Source of the DNA: Zygnema circumcarinatum SAG 698-1b
Lineage: Eukaryota; Plantae; Zygnematophyceae
Length of the DNA: 64,000 bases
Direction of reading: 5' to 3'
Assembly (NCBI GenBank): GCA_037447605.1
Contig: CM074809.1
Coordinates: 2,346,689-2,410,688 of the forward strand
Each line of letters opens with the position of its first letter. The first letter of the stretch is position 1. The translations under genes and the position numbers were made by a program. Below are positions 39,901 to 54,698 of the stretch, one piece after another. Below the pieces are notes generated by a model. It made no database searches and was not told the DNA's origin. It worked only from the letters and a program-made list of their open reading frames with translations.

Positions 39901-42900
39901 GCCCAATTGGACTTTTAGTCCCACATTGCATTACACCGGTGGTGCCGGGCGGATACCACCTGGCGGCTCCACATCCTACTGTATCAACGGCACGACCTCC
40001 TTATCTACGCTTTCGACCATGCAATTGGCCAAAGTTTGATAGGAAGGTTGCACTGTTCGTGGTGCATGTTATGGCCCGTACGCGAGGATGTTCATGGCGA
40101 AGATCAGTGGCGGATACTGCGGCGTGCTCTCCTTGTTCCCTCCGGTTCAACCTACGTTGGATGAATTCGGATGTCTTCACGATGACCTTCGAGGGTTGCC
40201 CCATCGAAGAGGGGTGGGGCACACAATCCTCTTGAGCGGCAGCAGCATGGCGGCCGTCTATCGGTTAAGTCAGAAAGAAGCCAGGGGAGATCTTGGCGGG
40301 TTAGCAACTTCGTGACAGAAATTTTGGATAGAACCCGATCAAAGCCTTTAGGTACCCATCTTATTCGTTGGGAAAAAGATGGCTGCGTTGAGGATGTGCA
40401 TTGATTGCTCGGCGCACTCAACAGATCCGCAGTAAGAATCGATTTGCTTTACCACGTATCGATGATCTGTTGGATCGTCTTCACGGCGCCAAAGTGTTTA
40501 CATCACTTGATCTTGCTCAGGGGTATCATCAGATCCGCGTCACGGAAGCTGATGTGCCAAAAACTGCGTTCCGGACGCCGATTGGTCATTTCCAATATAA
40601 GGTGTTGCCCTTTGGACTGACTAATGCTCCGGCAACTTTTCAGGCTGTCATGAACGAGATGTTCATCGGCATGGACGAGTTTGTTTTAGTTTACCTCGAT
40701 GATATCCTTGTCTTGATAAGGCGGAGGAGAACATCTTAATTTCACGTTAGGAAAGTGTTTGAGAACCTGCGAGCTGCAATTTTATGCCAAGAGGAAGAGG
40801 TGTCCCTTTCATGCAGCGTGAGTTGCTTTATCTTGGCGTATCCTTTCAAATGTCGAGGGTCTTGACACGATCACACTTGAGATTTCCGCGGTGAAACTTG
40901 GTAGCCCTTAAGTGACTGCACCGGTTGGTCTTTTATGCGAACTGCGAATTATTTACCGTAAGTTCATCAAGGGTTTAATGGCGGTTACCCCGCCGACTAA
41001 TTTGTGCGTTAGATTGTTCACTTTACATGGACCCATGAATGCCAGGATGCATTCGAAGGTGTGCGTCATGCACTTGTTACCGCACCCACTCTCCGTTTAG
41101 CGGACCCGTCCAAGCCTTATGAAGTGGTTTGTGATGCTTCGGGATTCGCCTTGGGTGCCGTCTTGTTTCAAGATGGCCAACCTTTGGCGTATGAAAGTCG
41201 CAAAATGAATCCGTGGCGCCAACTATTACACCCAGCGAGCGAGGCGCTGCGGTAGTCCAGCATACGAGAACATGGCGGTCTTGTTAGAGGGGAGCAAAAG
41301 CGGTCGCGGTCAGCGACCACCGCCGGTGGCGTTCCTCTCGACAGAGACCACGTCTGGCGAACACGGTCTGAGTTCACTCAAGGTTTGTGCCGGTGGGTTT
41401 GCTCGGCGGGAAGGTTGAATGTAGCAGAACTCTTGGCGAGGCAGCTTTCCGGCATCTTGCCTGGATGTGCCTTCAAATTAGAGCTTCGGTGTTAGTGGGC
41501 AGATAGCGAGAGGTGAGGGCGGCTTGACCCCGGTCTCCGTCTCGGTATACTTTTGTCGCCGTCCCTCCGCATTGGCCGATCGACCACTCTACTAGCTTCT
41601 CTCTCGATCTCAGACGGTGATTCGGGGAGGGTATGCGTGATCCTTTGTTCACGGATGGCCAAAGGCCCGTGGCTATAGGACAAAGTGGTGTCCCAGAGAC
41701 GGATTTTGGTACCATGACCCGTAGGTTAATTAGTGCCAAAGGCGATTTGTCTGACATTTCATTCGAGTGAGTTACGTGATCTTTTCGTCGCAGGGTCAGC
41801 GTGGGAGTTGCCAAAACTTGAGTGAACCTTTACTCAGGAGTTACGGTGGCTGAACAGGGGACATCAGCGTATGTCTTGGCAGTGTCGACTTGTCGACGAG
41901 CAAACCCCGGCTGGCGGGGATCCACGGCGGTACGCGACCCTAGCCTCCTTTTGAGGAAATGGGATGGTGTGGGTATGGACACGATCACAAATCTTCTGTG
42001 ACCCCTACGAGGCATGGCGCCATCACCGTCTTTGTCGATCACGAACGCTTAAGATGGTTTTGCAACTAATAAAGACATTTGGTAAACGACATTCGCGGGT
42101 GTATGTTGATGGTGTGAACCCGGCGCCAGTCTTCGGTCGAGGTAATGTGTCTAGCCGCTGATCCACGATTCATAGGCCATTTTGGGCGGAAGTGCTCAAA
42201 TCGTTGGGACCAAGCGGTTGAAGTCTGACTTTCCACCTTAAACCGATGTGGCGAGCAGGCGGGTGAAACGGGGTCTGGAGGATTACCTCAGGCATTATGT
42301 GGGGACACCACAGGATGGGTGGGATGAGCTTGCTCCGGTGTTGAGTACGCCATCGATAAAGCTTCGCTACCGATCCCATTGGTACTTGCTCTTCGAACTT
42401 TGAATTGACATCCTCCCAAATCCCACGCAACGAGGATCGGCCCGATCCGTGGGTATGGCGTCCACGGGAACCCCGTCCTTGGAAGGCGAGGCGATGGGAC
42501 TGGCTTTCCGCATGATCAGATCTTTGTCCGACTAATGCAGCTGCGGAGACGCGGCGGGAACCCTATTAGCGGCCCGGTCGCGTGAGCCTATCTTTGATAA
42601 TCCGCCCGTGCCAACTCACCTTGTGAAGGCGATGAGGAGTATTCTTGGCGAACTTGAGGACTCAAAGCTTGTAGCGTAGGCGTGGCCCTTCATCGGACCT
42701 TTCCGGTCGAGAGCCCGAGTGATGACTCAATAAACACGAGGTTGGATTTACCATCCACGTGAAGGTATCCGGTCTTTCATGTGGGTTTGCTAAAGGTCTA
42801 CCGTAGCGATGGGAGGATCCAACCACCCCCCCCACCAGTGGAACTTGAAGGTGAACTTGAGTATGAAGTTGAAACCATTCAAGCCCACCGTCTTGTGAGA

Positions 42901-43912
42901 AAGGGTCGATCTTCCCGTCACGAATACCTCGTGAAGTGGTTGAGCATGGGGTTGGAAGCATGCTTTGTAGAGGCCGAGGCGGCAACGATTGCGGGAGCTC
43001 ATCCCGACTTGTACGGGGAGGGCGCGAGGAGGCGGTGACGCGGGGGTTCTGAGCGTTCTGTATGGCTCGAGGAAAGGACTTGGCCGGGATTATCGTGAGC
43101 CTCTCCGGTTATCGCGTGGGGATTCGGCGGCGTGCCGTTATTCTGGCTGCCTTTACTTACCCGCGCAGCGTGTGAGCGAGGGCGTTCACATCCTCACGAG
43201 GGTAATGTAGCCCGGCACTTCACGATCACCAGGAGGTGTACTTAGGGGCCCTTTCAGGTCTAGTACTCACCGGGCAGTGTGGCGTCGGGGGACCACCTGG
43301 AAGTTAGGGAAGGGTCACAGGATCCGAACCTTGCGAAGATTGCGAGGTTCGATGCGGCCTTGACCTCTTGAGCATATATGTATGCGTGCGCCGTGTAGTG
43401 AGAATCCGCGGAATCCCGACCACATCTTCCACTACTAGGCAATAGCAAAAATTCGTCAAATACGATACGGGTCCGTTGAGCAGACTTGGCCCGGCAATCG
43501 GAAACCCAGCGCGCGCGTAGCGTAGAATCCAGCCGTGCAGCGCGTCACAGCAGCCTTGCGCGCATCGCAGCGCTTGCCATGGAAACTCGGTAGCGTTAAA
43601 TGCGTTATACACCTCGACATTCCGAGTGAAGAACTACGTAGCGATACGCCATTGGGCGGCCACAAGCACCGATCACTCCATCTTTGGTAGGAGGTTCGGC
43701 GGGGGCGTAAAGTGGGTGGCCGTAGGTCACCCAACCAGCGTCTGCCGACATTGGTTGCACCTGCCGAGGGGTTAGCGACTCTCTGAAGCTCTAAGCTCTT
43801 GCTCTACGCCCTCTCGGCCAGACTCACGAGTCTTAGTGTGTTATTAAAGTAGCGGTGAAGGAGTTAGATTTCGGCCGTTACCGCGGCGCGCACTAATGAA
43901 CATTCGCGATAC
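36948..43912 (+). mobile_element. Chromovirus (Ty3/gypsy with integrase chromodomain) inserted in the RT of the outer gypsy
   Basis: Diverged direct LTRs ~36950-37615 and ~43235-43910. [11 protein letters not shown]...LDLAQGYHQ...[12 protein letters not shown]...VYLDDIL (40401-40739). RNase H CDASGFALGAVL (41061-41255). Chromodomain YEVETIQAHR...EYLVKW (42850-42950). Removing it restores host RT HLQHIDQ|VIRRL. Termini and TSD are not clean. Confidence 0.85.
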
Positions 43913-45287
43913 TTGGTCAATGTGCTGCAGATGGGAGGACCAATCCTTGCTGTGGAGGGAAGCATCATCCACGTATGGTTCGCAGAAGGCGCGACAGGGA
44001 CCAAAAACCTGGTTGGCCAGGCGCTGGTGAGTTTGGCTGGAATTCTTGAGCCCAAAGGGAAGCAGCATCCCTTTACCTGGCGTGTGGCGTCTGGCTCCCC
44101 AATCTTCTGGCCGATAACACATCGCGAAAGGATACGCGGAAGGACTTATATCGATCTCGGCGAGAACCCTTTGGTCGCCGAGGGCAGCGTGGAGGATAAG
44201 GTCACATCCGGCGTGTATAGGGATCCCGCCGTCGCTGCGTTAGGTTTCGATAGTCTCCTGAAGCGAAGTGTGCCATCGGCTTTGGTGGCAAAGCGGTGAA
44301 ATTTGGCCCAAAGGTCCTTCTCGAGGGTTCCATCAATCCGTGACCCGCATTCTCATCCGTCACGTCTTTCGACATGGCTGTTGGCGTAGGAAAAGCAATA
44401 AGGGTCATGGTCATCCAGCGGGGAATCTCCGTATGCGATGTGATGCTGTCGAGGTAGATAGCACAGATAGCCGAGTGCATGGCGAACCCAAAAACTAGTG
44501 ATTCTTGGCTGACACTTATGCATGATGCAGATACTTGATTAGATGCGAGATGCTGGCCCCGTCATCTGTCCCCTATCTTGACCACTCTCATGTTGATGGT
44601 CACCATTAGGTGGGGGAGAGAAGTTTGGTGCGACTATCCTTTGGCCCGGCAAAAGTTCTTTAGATGGCTACGGAGGGCTGGACGAGGGAGGCGAGGAGGT
44701 CTAGTCAGTGTCGAGGTGCGTCCATAGGAAGAATGGGGGCTGCCCGACGCATGGTACATGTTGATCTCTGAGTAGGAGACCTGCGCCGTGGCGTGTCGTT
44801 TGGGGAAGGCGGAGGTGGCAAGGGACTCGAGGATGATGGGGAAGGAGTAATCTGTCCCGCCAGCAGATAAGTGCAACTAACACGTAGAAAAGTCGATCTG
44901 TGCCCCCATTGCAATGAGCCAATCTGAGCCAAGCAGGATAGAATAATGCTCGGCGGTACGTGATGACCCGCGTGGCAAGTGGCTCCCATCTCTCCAGTGA
45001 TGATCACACAGAGCGTGCCCAAACCTTCATGTAGACTCCCTGAGCCCCGCATATGCAGGGGATAGGTTCGGCGTCTTGTCAACTTAACCTAGCCTTCATC
45101 CGGTTTTGGGCGAAGCGTGCATAGCTCACAATACGTCATGCCCTTCTTTGGGATGGCGTTGATATACATTGGCGATGATTAAGCGTTGGGTGTTGGGATG
45201 AGAGGGAGGACATGAATCTGGCGAGGAGGCTGGCGGGGAGAGCGAACTGGGTCTGGGAGAGGCGCCGTGGCCATGTGGTGTATATCT

Positions 45288-48200
45288 TGTTGGTGGAGGG
45301 ACTCCTCCACTGCTACCGTCCGTTCCTCCATTCGGGTCACCCTCCATCGGAGTTCGCGTTCCAATCGACGATGACATCTTCAAATCTCTCACATTACGCT
45401 CATAGCCCGTTTTACTCCGCAGGTAGTCCGCGACAAATAATGCAGCGGAATATGAGAGAAATGAATAGGAGAAGCTCGGCTCTAAAACTCCTTAATAGTG
45501 AATTCACTCATACATTGAGACCCCTCTCAAATCGACGCTCGGCAATCTCGAGGCTCACTACCTCACGGCACGAGTAAGTGTAGTGTGTGCTTAACCTGGC
45601 GGAAACGGCCCATACTTAGAGACTTCCTGGCAGCTGAATGAATTGTTTGCCTACAACAAAACAATCGCTTAAATACTATGTCACTACACACGTGACAACA
45701 ACATGCCTCTGAGAAGCTTCACAGCATCGACTAGCATTTTGCAAGGGTACTTATCCCGATCTAATCTGCTTGGCCAGCCGGATACCGTAGACTCCACCGC
45801 GGATCCGGCATTTTAGCCCCAAATTCGGATCCATTCGGCCTTCCAGTTCAGAAATCCCGTCTTGCGCGTGGGGATCGACCTTGCCTCAAGATAGATGGCC
45901 AGCGCGTCAATCCTGCAGCGTCGTCTCGCCACCGAACAATTCGGACGCGACTCAGGTACAATTCTGAATCGGCCAGCGTAAATGATACGGCCGCCCAGCC
46001 GGCGCCAAGTCCATCCCTGACCAATCAAAGGTACGCCGCGCTACGTCGGTTCGGTCGCCCCAGCACGCTGATTTTAACGCTGATAGCGTCACATCTTCGA
46101 TTAAGCTCGGCGTCGCGTCATCCCGTCATTCGAATCGTCCGCGTCGGCGCCTGCGTCGAATTACGACTCCGTACGTACGCTACTCCCACCGACCAAAGTC
46201 CGTACCGCCCGCCCGTCGGTCCTGGCGCCCTTGCTCGCCCGCTCCAAAGGGCCACACACACACACAACACCTGCGCACACAAAATAATGTCCCAACAACA
46301 AAACACATCTAGTATTTGAAAACTCTTATACACTAACAATCCCCTCTTTGGGACTTTGGTTTTGCTTGAGCCAACCGACCAACACATACCATTCACCCGT
46401 GAGGTTTCTCATCTAACTCCTTTAGAGTAAACTATCGGCTTGCTCCTTACCATTACCCTCTGAACTTCACATCGATCAAACCCTCCTCGACGACTCCGTC
46501 ATGTGGTCTTTGCTTATTTCACGATGTGCTTGAATTAAGCTTGGCGAAACCACCGGGTTTCCCCACGAGAGCGTCGATGATTGATTATCGATGAACAAGG
46601 TAATGGGCGTTGTTCTCTCTTGCATTCATCAAAGGCTAGCGAAACCACACTACTCCTTTGCGGCATGACAAGCACCATTATGCTGCGCCTACGTACCGAT
46701 AGCAGCTACGAGTCACGCAACTTGGAGCTCCAATCGCTCCGCCTCCATACGGTAAATGAAACGCGCTACGGTCGGCGCGATGTATCACATCACCGCCCCA
46801 ATCTGATGTATAGCCAATCACTCACGGATTTGGCCCCTCACCATGCGATCCCGTAATCAAAAGCGTCCTCTCACATATCTGAATATCCTTTTTACGGCCT
46901 CCCAATGCTCGAGGCCCGGATTCTCCATGAATCGGCTGGCCGAGCTCACTGCTTTCGCCAGATCCGGACGCGTTCCAATCATCAGGTACATCAGACTCCC
47001 AATTGCAGACCTGTAAGGCACACCGAACATCTTCTGTGCCTCTGCTGCACTCGAAGGTGACATCTCCTTCGACAATCTAGCGCCTATCTCCATCGGGCTG
47101 GAGCACGGCCTAGAATCTTCCATGTGGAACCGGGCAAGAACATCTGATGCATACTTCTTCTGACACAAGAATAAGCTGCCATCTTGCCCCCTCTTCAGCT
47201 GCATCCCAAGCAGATACTGCGCCTCACCCAAATCTGACATCTTGAAATTTGCTTGAAGCAACTCTTTCAAGGAACTGATTCTTTCAAGCGAGAGGCTCAC
47301 CATTATGAGATCATCAACGTAGATCCCGACGAACATGATGTCCGCCCCTCTCCTTGACGGTACACGGAATGATCTGTTTCGAATCGGTCGAAACCATTCC
47401 TCCTCAGAAGATCATCTATCTTCTCGTACCACACTCTGGGCGCCTGCTTCAAACCATATAGGCTCTTCACTAGTCGACAGACTAGGTGTTCCTTTCCTGG
47501 GACCACCTTCCCCTCGGGCTGCTCCATGTAGATATCTTCCGTTAGATCTCCGTACAGGAATGCCGTCTTGATGTCCAGCTGATGGACATGCATTCCTTCG
47601 GCCCGGCTGCGTGGAAATCAAGGCTCTCGAGGTTGAGCTTTACCCTTTGGAGTCTCCCGTAGTCAACTCCATACTTACCGGCGTGTCCCTTAGCCCTTGT
47701 GGCGCCTTGTATACGTCGCGCTTGATGCTGCCTTCCTCTTGACTTTGAAGACCCATTTGCAGCCAATAGCTCGCCTCCCTTGAGGCAGCTTCTCCAACCT
47801 CCACGTGCCGTTCTCTATCAAGCTGTCCCACTCGCTATCGATCGCCACCCGCCATTTGTCGCCATCGACTCCGTCGTGTGCTTCCTCAAAGGTCTGTGGT
47901 TCCGTGATCATAAAGCAATGGGCAACTCCCACGAGGTCAGCTGAATCTGAAGGCACTCTTTCTTGGATGAGGTTGTTCTCAGGCGAGTACCGATCTGGTC
48001 GCCTCCTGTCCCGACTGCTCTTCCGAATCTCCTTCGCGCTTCGTCCTCTCGGATAGAAGTAGAGTCGAGTACAGCACGGAGGCCATGTTAGCTAACGCCT
48101 TTTCTCTACCGACGCCGAGGTCCTCTACGACTCTTGCTAGCGTGTCGCGGCACCGTCTCCGCAGGAGTTCTCCTCTTCCTCACTCAGCGGTGTACCTTTG

Positions 48201-51200
48201 GGGAATCGTCTCAGGCCAGTGCAGGCTCCTCGCGTCGCACTCTACGGCGGCTCTCAGCATCCCGGCTGAGCTACGACGGCCAGCGGTGGCCGGCAAACTC
48301 CTTCACTGTGATGTCTTTGGCATCTGCCGCGGTGACATGTCGCTCTCCGCTCTCTCCTCCTCGCCGCACGATCTCGAAATCGGCTTTGTGGAGGAAAATG
48401 CGAGAGTCACCTTGGCAGCTCAACGGCACTTCCCTCATCAGCTGTAATGTCCCACCGTGCTTTCGGAAGGACCTCCTGCGGTCGAGGTTCCACCCTCTAT
48501 CACGTCGCATTTGATGGGAGTGTTATAGTAGAAACATAACCCTCCACCTTTCGGGGTCAAACTTCTTCTTCTGTCGCGCCTTGGGCAGTGCAGCCCAGCA
48601 TCGCGCGCCAAAGGTCCTCAGGTGGGAAACTGTGGGCTTCCTCCCACTCCACATCTGCTCTGGGACCTGGTCTTTCAGAACAGAAGACGGACATCTGTTT
48701 CTAATGTACGCAGCAGTAGAAACCGCTTCTCCCCAAAAGGAAGCTGGAAAGGGGGAATCAATCAACATGGTCAGAGCCGTGTCCCCGATGTCAGATTCAC
48801 TTTCATTTGGTACGCTCCGTTGCTCTGAGGGAATAGAGGCCCGATTCATGCCTTATACGCGGTTCTTGGGGGCTCTGAACTCCTTCGATTTGAATTCGCC
48901 GCCGTTGTCTGAGCGCAAAGCTTTCAACTTCAGTCCTGATTCTGTCTCCGCTTGGTTCAGCCAGTCTCGAAAGGCTCCGAAAGCCTCTGACTTGTTCTTC
49001 AGGAGCGTAATCCAAATCTTCCTCGAGTAATGCGTCGAGGCGTGACAGAAAGTAACGTCTTTCGTAGTTGATGCGCCCGGTGTAGCGCAGACGCACTTAA
49101 GTCGAATGTGCAATTCGACTTTTCACCATTTCGATAGGACTCGTCTCCCTCCTCCGCGAATGTGGTCTCTGTGCTTGCCCTCCACACACACTCACAGTAG
49201 CGGCCAGCTCCTTACTCAGCTACGCGGAGTGCAGCCAGCGGGTAGCCGCCAGCGACCAGCTAGCTGCGTTCCTATGGTGTAAGTGACCAAGTCTTCCATG
49301 CCATACATCTACGGCATTCTCACGAGATTGCATTGGCGTGCTCGCAATTCTCCCTCTTATAATCAAGATATCGACCTCTTTTCTCTGCTAACCTAGCGGT
49401 ATCTCGGTTTACGTATGGATGGCGCGGCTTCTCCTGCAACGGGAACCGTATCCTTTCTTACACACTTGGCTAACAGACATGAAATTCTGCTTTAGCTCAG
49501 GGGTGTGAAGAACGTCACCAATTGACAACTTCTCTTGTATGTCTTCTTCATTGATGACCGAGCCGTCTCCGAGTATCATCCTCACGGCTCCACCTCTCGT
49601 CACAATGACTCCTTCACCGGTTGCTGAATGGACTGAGCGTGTCTTCTCCAAGTCGTCGAGCTTGGAGAACATCGTCTCATACGTATCGTAGAGCGGAATC
49701 AATCGACGCTGACGGCTTGGATCCTCTGCACAGATCCCCTTCCAACAAGCGCATTCTCATTATTCTCGCCCGGCATGAGGTTGTTCTCGCTACTTACCTT
49801 GCGATGCGAACTCACGTGGCCTCTCTTCTTGCATTTTGAAGCAAGTGCCCTTTGAGCGCCTTCTTCTCCTTCTTCTTTGGATGAAGTAGTTTCTCCACGC
49901 TTCTCTTATTGCCTCACGATTCTTGAAGCTTGATCCCATTTGGAGTAGTGGCCGATCTTACTGGCGCGTATATAGCGTGTCGTAGAAGCGTTCTCCTCAG
50001 TGACTTTTGGGGCGCCTCCTCTTCGATTGATTCGAGGTGTTACCTTGTAATGACTTTTCTCGAGAACACCCGGCGTCTGAATAGGTCCTCTCTCCTTTAT
50101 CCTACGGCTTGAGAGCTTTTGCTCGAGAGTCATCATGTATTAGTGGGAGCGTCGCAAAGCCGCCCTTTGCCACATGAATCTCTTGGTCAAACCCCTAGAA
50201 GCTGGCTTATCTTATAGTGCACTTTCTATGGTTTCCCAAAGAGTATGAACCTCTCCATCGAGCATGAGCGACCATAAGCAGTTTCTCATCTGAAGTCATC
50301 TTCATCTTGCCTAGGCTGCGTGTAAGGCCGACGTCGTCACATTGTCTTTTACATCATACATTTCCCTCTGGCATCTCATGGCATGAGAGGTCTTGGTCAT
50401 AAAGCATAGAGGGCCGGACTTCCTCTTACGCTCATTCTGTCTAGCGTCGAGGCCTTGTTGTCCTTGGCTTTCCATAGATGCGGCGCCCGTCGTGCTTTCA
50501 GAGCTTCTTTGCTTTCATTGAGGAAGCTCAACCGGTAACTCGGCGATCTTTTGCCATCCAACATGCGAAACAACCGCACTTTGCAAGCAGGGAACCAACC
50601 TCCATCTCACGCCTTGTAATCCTTTTGCCCATCAAAGGCGGAATGCTGAACTTAGGCGTGGCTCAGGAGGTCTCCATGAGCTCACGATACCACTTGCCTT
50701 GTTGGTGGAGGGACTCCTCCACTGCTACCGTCCGTTCCTCCATTCGGGTCACCCTCCATCGGAGTTCGCGTTCCAATCGACGATGACATCTTCAAATCTC
50801 TCACGTTATCATAGCCCATTTTACTCCTGAGTGAATCAGGAAGCAAATAATACCTGGCCGAATACTTGAGAGAGAAATGAATAGGAGAAAGCTCAGCTCT
50901 AAAACTCATAATAGTGAATTGACTCCTTACATTGAGACCCTCTCAAATCGACATTTCGGCAATCTCACGACTCACTACCTCTCCCGGCACGAGTAAGGAG
51001 TGTAGTGTGCTTAACTTGGCCGACGACATACTTGAGAGGCCTGCTTGACTGAATGAATTGTTTTGCCTACAACAAAAACAATCCTTAAATACTATGTCAC
51101 TACCTGCGTGACAACTGACATGCCTGAAGCTTCCTGACATCATTAGCGGCACGCAAGACATCACTCCTCGAAATCTCTGTGTGGTCCGGATCCTGCGTAG

Positions 51201-51679
51201 ACTCTACGGATCCAGCATTTTGCCGGGTGGTCCAGGCTTCGGCCAGTTCCAATCCGTCTTGCGTAGGGTCGACCTTGCCTCGAGATAGGTAAGTCAATCT
51301 CAGCGTCGTCTCACGCCACCGACAATTCGGCCTTGGCTCAGTACAGACCACAGATGGCAAATGATCGGCGCCACTTCGGCCAAGTCCAAATCCCGGCCAA
51401 TCAGTACGCCCGTAGCGTCGGTTTCGGTCAGCCTTAGCGATTTACGTCCGCGTCACATCTTCGGTCGCTCAGCGTCGCGTCGCGTCACATTTCGAATGCG
51501 TCCGCGTCCTCGTCAATTCGACTCCGCCCGTGCCAGCGCCTCTCCGCAAACCAAAGTCCATTACCGCCGCCCGTGGTCACAAGCATAGCATAAAGAGGCC
51601 ACACACACACACAACACTACGCACACAAAACTAATGTCCCGGCAACAACATGCAGTGACTAACCTCGCATACACTATAT
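45288..51679 (-). mobile_element. Ty1/copia LTR retrotransposon, degenerate
   Basis: 3' LTR 45288-46338 with PPT (ATCCCCTC on + at 46339). 5' LTR 50700-~51679 with a degenerate iMet PBS at 50680-50692. gag (KFSIP...YKAWRWRLVP), integrase LKALRSDNGGEF (~48900), RT HQLDIKTAFLYG / YGLKQAPR / IYVDDL (46857-47950). Confidence 0.9.
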
Positions 51680-54600
51680 ACTGTAGAGGGGATGTGGGAG
51701 GTGCCATAGGAACCGTGGGAGGCGGCGAGGGTGGCCCTCTCTATTTATTAAACCAGCTTCACGAGCGGCAATTTGCTGATGCACGGAACCAGGTTGCATC
51801 AAGCGTGACAAAGGTAATTCCGATCTTAGCCTTGTCCCCCATGAGCTGATGAACCATGCGTTCAATCAGAGATAGGCCATCTGTCGGGGGAGGTGGTCGA
51901 CGATCGGCTGCTTGGGGGTAGAAACGGGCTGCCCGAGGGCGATGGGGAGGGTTCACGTGCATTTCTTCCGTCACTGGCGCTGTCGGCTCCGGCTGTGCCG
52001 CTGTCGGCTCTTCCTCAGTGAGATCCTCAGATTTCCTCCNNNNNNNNNNTGCGCAAGGCCATTGCAATCTCGGCGATCCGGGCTTGAGCACCCTCTTCAG
52101 AATTGATGGGTGATTCGGACCAAGCCGGTTGCAATGCTGCGGCAATCAAGGCAGTGTGGGCGCGGGCAGCCAGATCGGGCTCGACCCCTAATACGTTTGT
52201 CAAGGAAGGGGACTCCATGGGGTGCAGATGGATCGGCGGACGTTGCAGGATGGTATAAGAGGGTGAAGGAGGTGGAGGCGGGCGAAAGGGAGCATGAGTT
52301 CTCGATGGCATGTGTGTAGCCGGGAGCATGTCCATGAAAGTGATCTCTGCAGGTGCGCTCCCTATAGCTACTTCTTTCCCCTTTCGGGCTTTCTCACTGG
52401 AGAGTCTCCGCATGCATACACGGGCATCATGTCCCGTGATCTGGCAGAAGGTGCAGGTCCATGGTCCACAGCGCAGCCTCGGGTTATGATTCGTGCCGCA
52501 GGCTAGACAAACGCCCTCTGGAACCCCTGCCTCTGTCATCCGACGGCGCAAATCGGCCCTGGCAGCCTCTCTCTCTTCGGGTGTGCGATCGAGATAAGGA
52601 CCCCGATAACCTAGACGAGAAACATCGGGTATGTGAGGATTCACCGAAGGCTCAATGGGATGCGCAAGATCATGAGGGTATGGAGAAGGGGGAAGGGGCT
52701 TGGTCGTGCTGGCTATAGCCAGAGGCTGCACCACAGGGGTTGCCCGGACGTCCTGAGCAGGGATGCCGGAGAAAGACGGCTTGTTCTTGGAAGCTGTAGC
52801 GTAAGGATCATACAGCTGCTGACTCTGGGTCTTCAGNNNNNNNNNNTTGCAATCTCGGCGATCCGGGCTTGAGCACCCTCTTCAGAATTGATGGGTGATT
52901 CGGACCAAGCCGGTTGCAATGCTGCGGCAATCAAGGCAGTGTGGGCGCGGGCAGCCAGATCGGGCTCGACCCCTAATACGTTTGTCAAGGAAGGGGACTC
53001 CATGGGGTGCAGATGGATCGGCGGACGTTGCAGGATGGTATAAGAGGGTGAAGGAGGTGGAGGCGGGCGAAAGGGAGCATGAGTTCTCGATGGCATGTGT
53101 GTAGCCGGGAGCATGTCCATGAAAGTGATCTCTGCAGGTGCGCTCCCTATAGCTACTTCTTTCCCCTTTCGGGCTTTCTCACTGGAGAGTCTCCGCATGC
53201 ATACACGGGCATCATGTCCCGTGATCTGGCAGAAGGTGCAGGTCCATGGTCCACAGCGCAGCCTCAGGTTATGATTCGTGCCGCAGGCTAGACAAACGCC
53301 CTCTGGAACCCCTGCCTTTGTCATCCGACGGCGCAAATCGGCCCTGGCAGCCTCTCTCTCTTCGGGTGTGCGATCGGGATAAGGACCCCGATAACCTAGA
53401 CGAGAAACATCGGGTATGTGAGGATTCACCGAAGGCTCAATGGGATGCGCAAGATCATGAGGGTATGGAGAAGGGGGAAGGAGCTTGGTCGTGCTGGCTA
53501 TAGCCAGAGGCTGCACCACAGGGGCTGCCCGGACGTCCTGAGCAAGGATGCCAGAGAAAGACGGCTTGTTCCTGGAAGCTGCTGCGTAAGGATCATACAG
53601 CTGCTGATTCTGGGTCTTCAGGAATTGCTGATATAGTCGATCCTGACGTGGATCAGTAGCATTCATGTAGTGTGGTCGCATATGCCGGTTGCCTCTCTCT
53701 TGATCTTTTTGAATTCGCCGCCTAACAAAGCCCGGCATCCGGCCGGGTGGGTCGTCGCCGTTCACCATCCGTGAAGATCTTTCTCACATGGCCTTGGCGG
53801 AACCAATCGAGAACCTCGAAAGTCGTAAGTTCTCGATCAGACGCTTGGCGCGCATAAAACGCTCGCTGAATTCAAATGTACCGCCATCACTATAAAGACT
53901 CCCCATGTAGCCAAGTCGGTCTAGCACAGTTGATCGATCCTCGAATCCAAATAAGTTGTCCAAAGCCCCGCTTGAATGTGTCCCTTTGCCGTGCCGAATG
54001 GCTATCCTTGTGCCGCTTTCGACAAATTTTCCAATTGATCAGCCTCCCTTCCAGCCCAAGGGCCAGCTTGATCCACTAGTCCTCTTTCAGGTCTGCGCTT
54101 GCGCTACCTTCTCCTCAAGATGTCTCAGCCAGGCTTCTGCATCTTCCTGCTTTCCGGTGAATCCTCTAGTGATGATGCCCGTGGTATCTCTCACCTCACT
54201 CTTTTCGTGAATCATGGCTACGCTTTGTCATCATCTCTTCCATCTTGGCCGGGAAACCCGATTCAAACGTGTGCTTCTACGTTGGTTAAAGCCGGAGGGT
54301 CCTGGCGTATCGCCTTGCCCCTTGCCCCTCGAAGCCGGGCCTGGGCCGCTGTGATGGGTAAGTTGTGAACGCCAGAGGTGAGGGTGTCTTCTGAGGAATC
54401 CCCTGTTCTGCTGTGGGACTGCGTGCCGCTGCTGTGCTGGAAGGGACTCCTGGTGCAGTAGTTATTCGACTGAGATCCCATGGGTTCTGTCTCTGGTGGG
54501 CCGCAAGGGGGATTTCAAGGGGGATTCGCAAGGGGGTAACTCCGGCGCCTTGATGCTGCCATCAACATACCCAAGCAACCCCTTGCCTACAAGCAAGGGA

Positions 54601-54698
54601 ACCAACCTCCATCTCCACGCCTTGTAATCCTGCCCATCAAAGGCCGGAATGCTGAACTTGACGTGGTCCTCCGAGTCTCCATGAGCTCTGATACCACT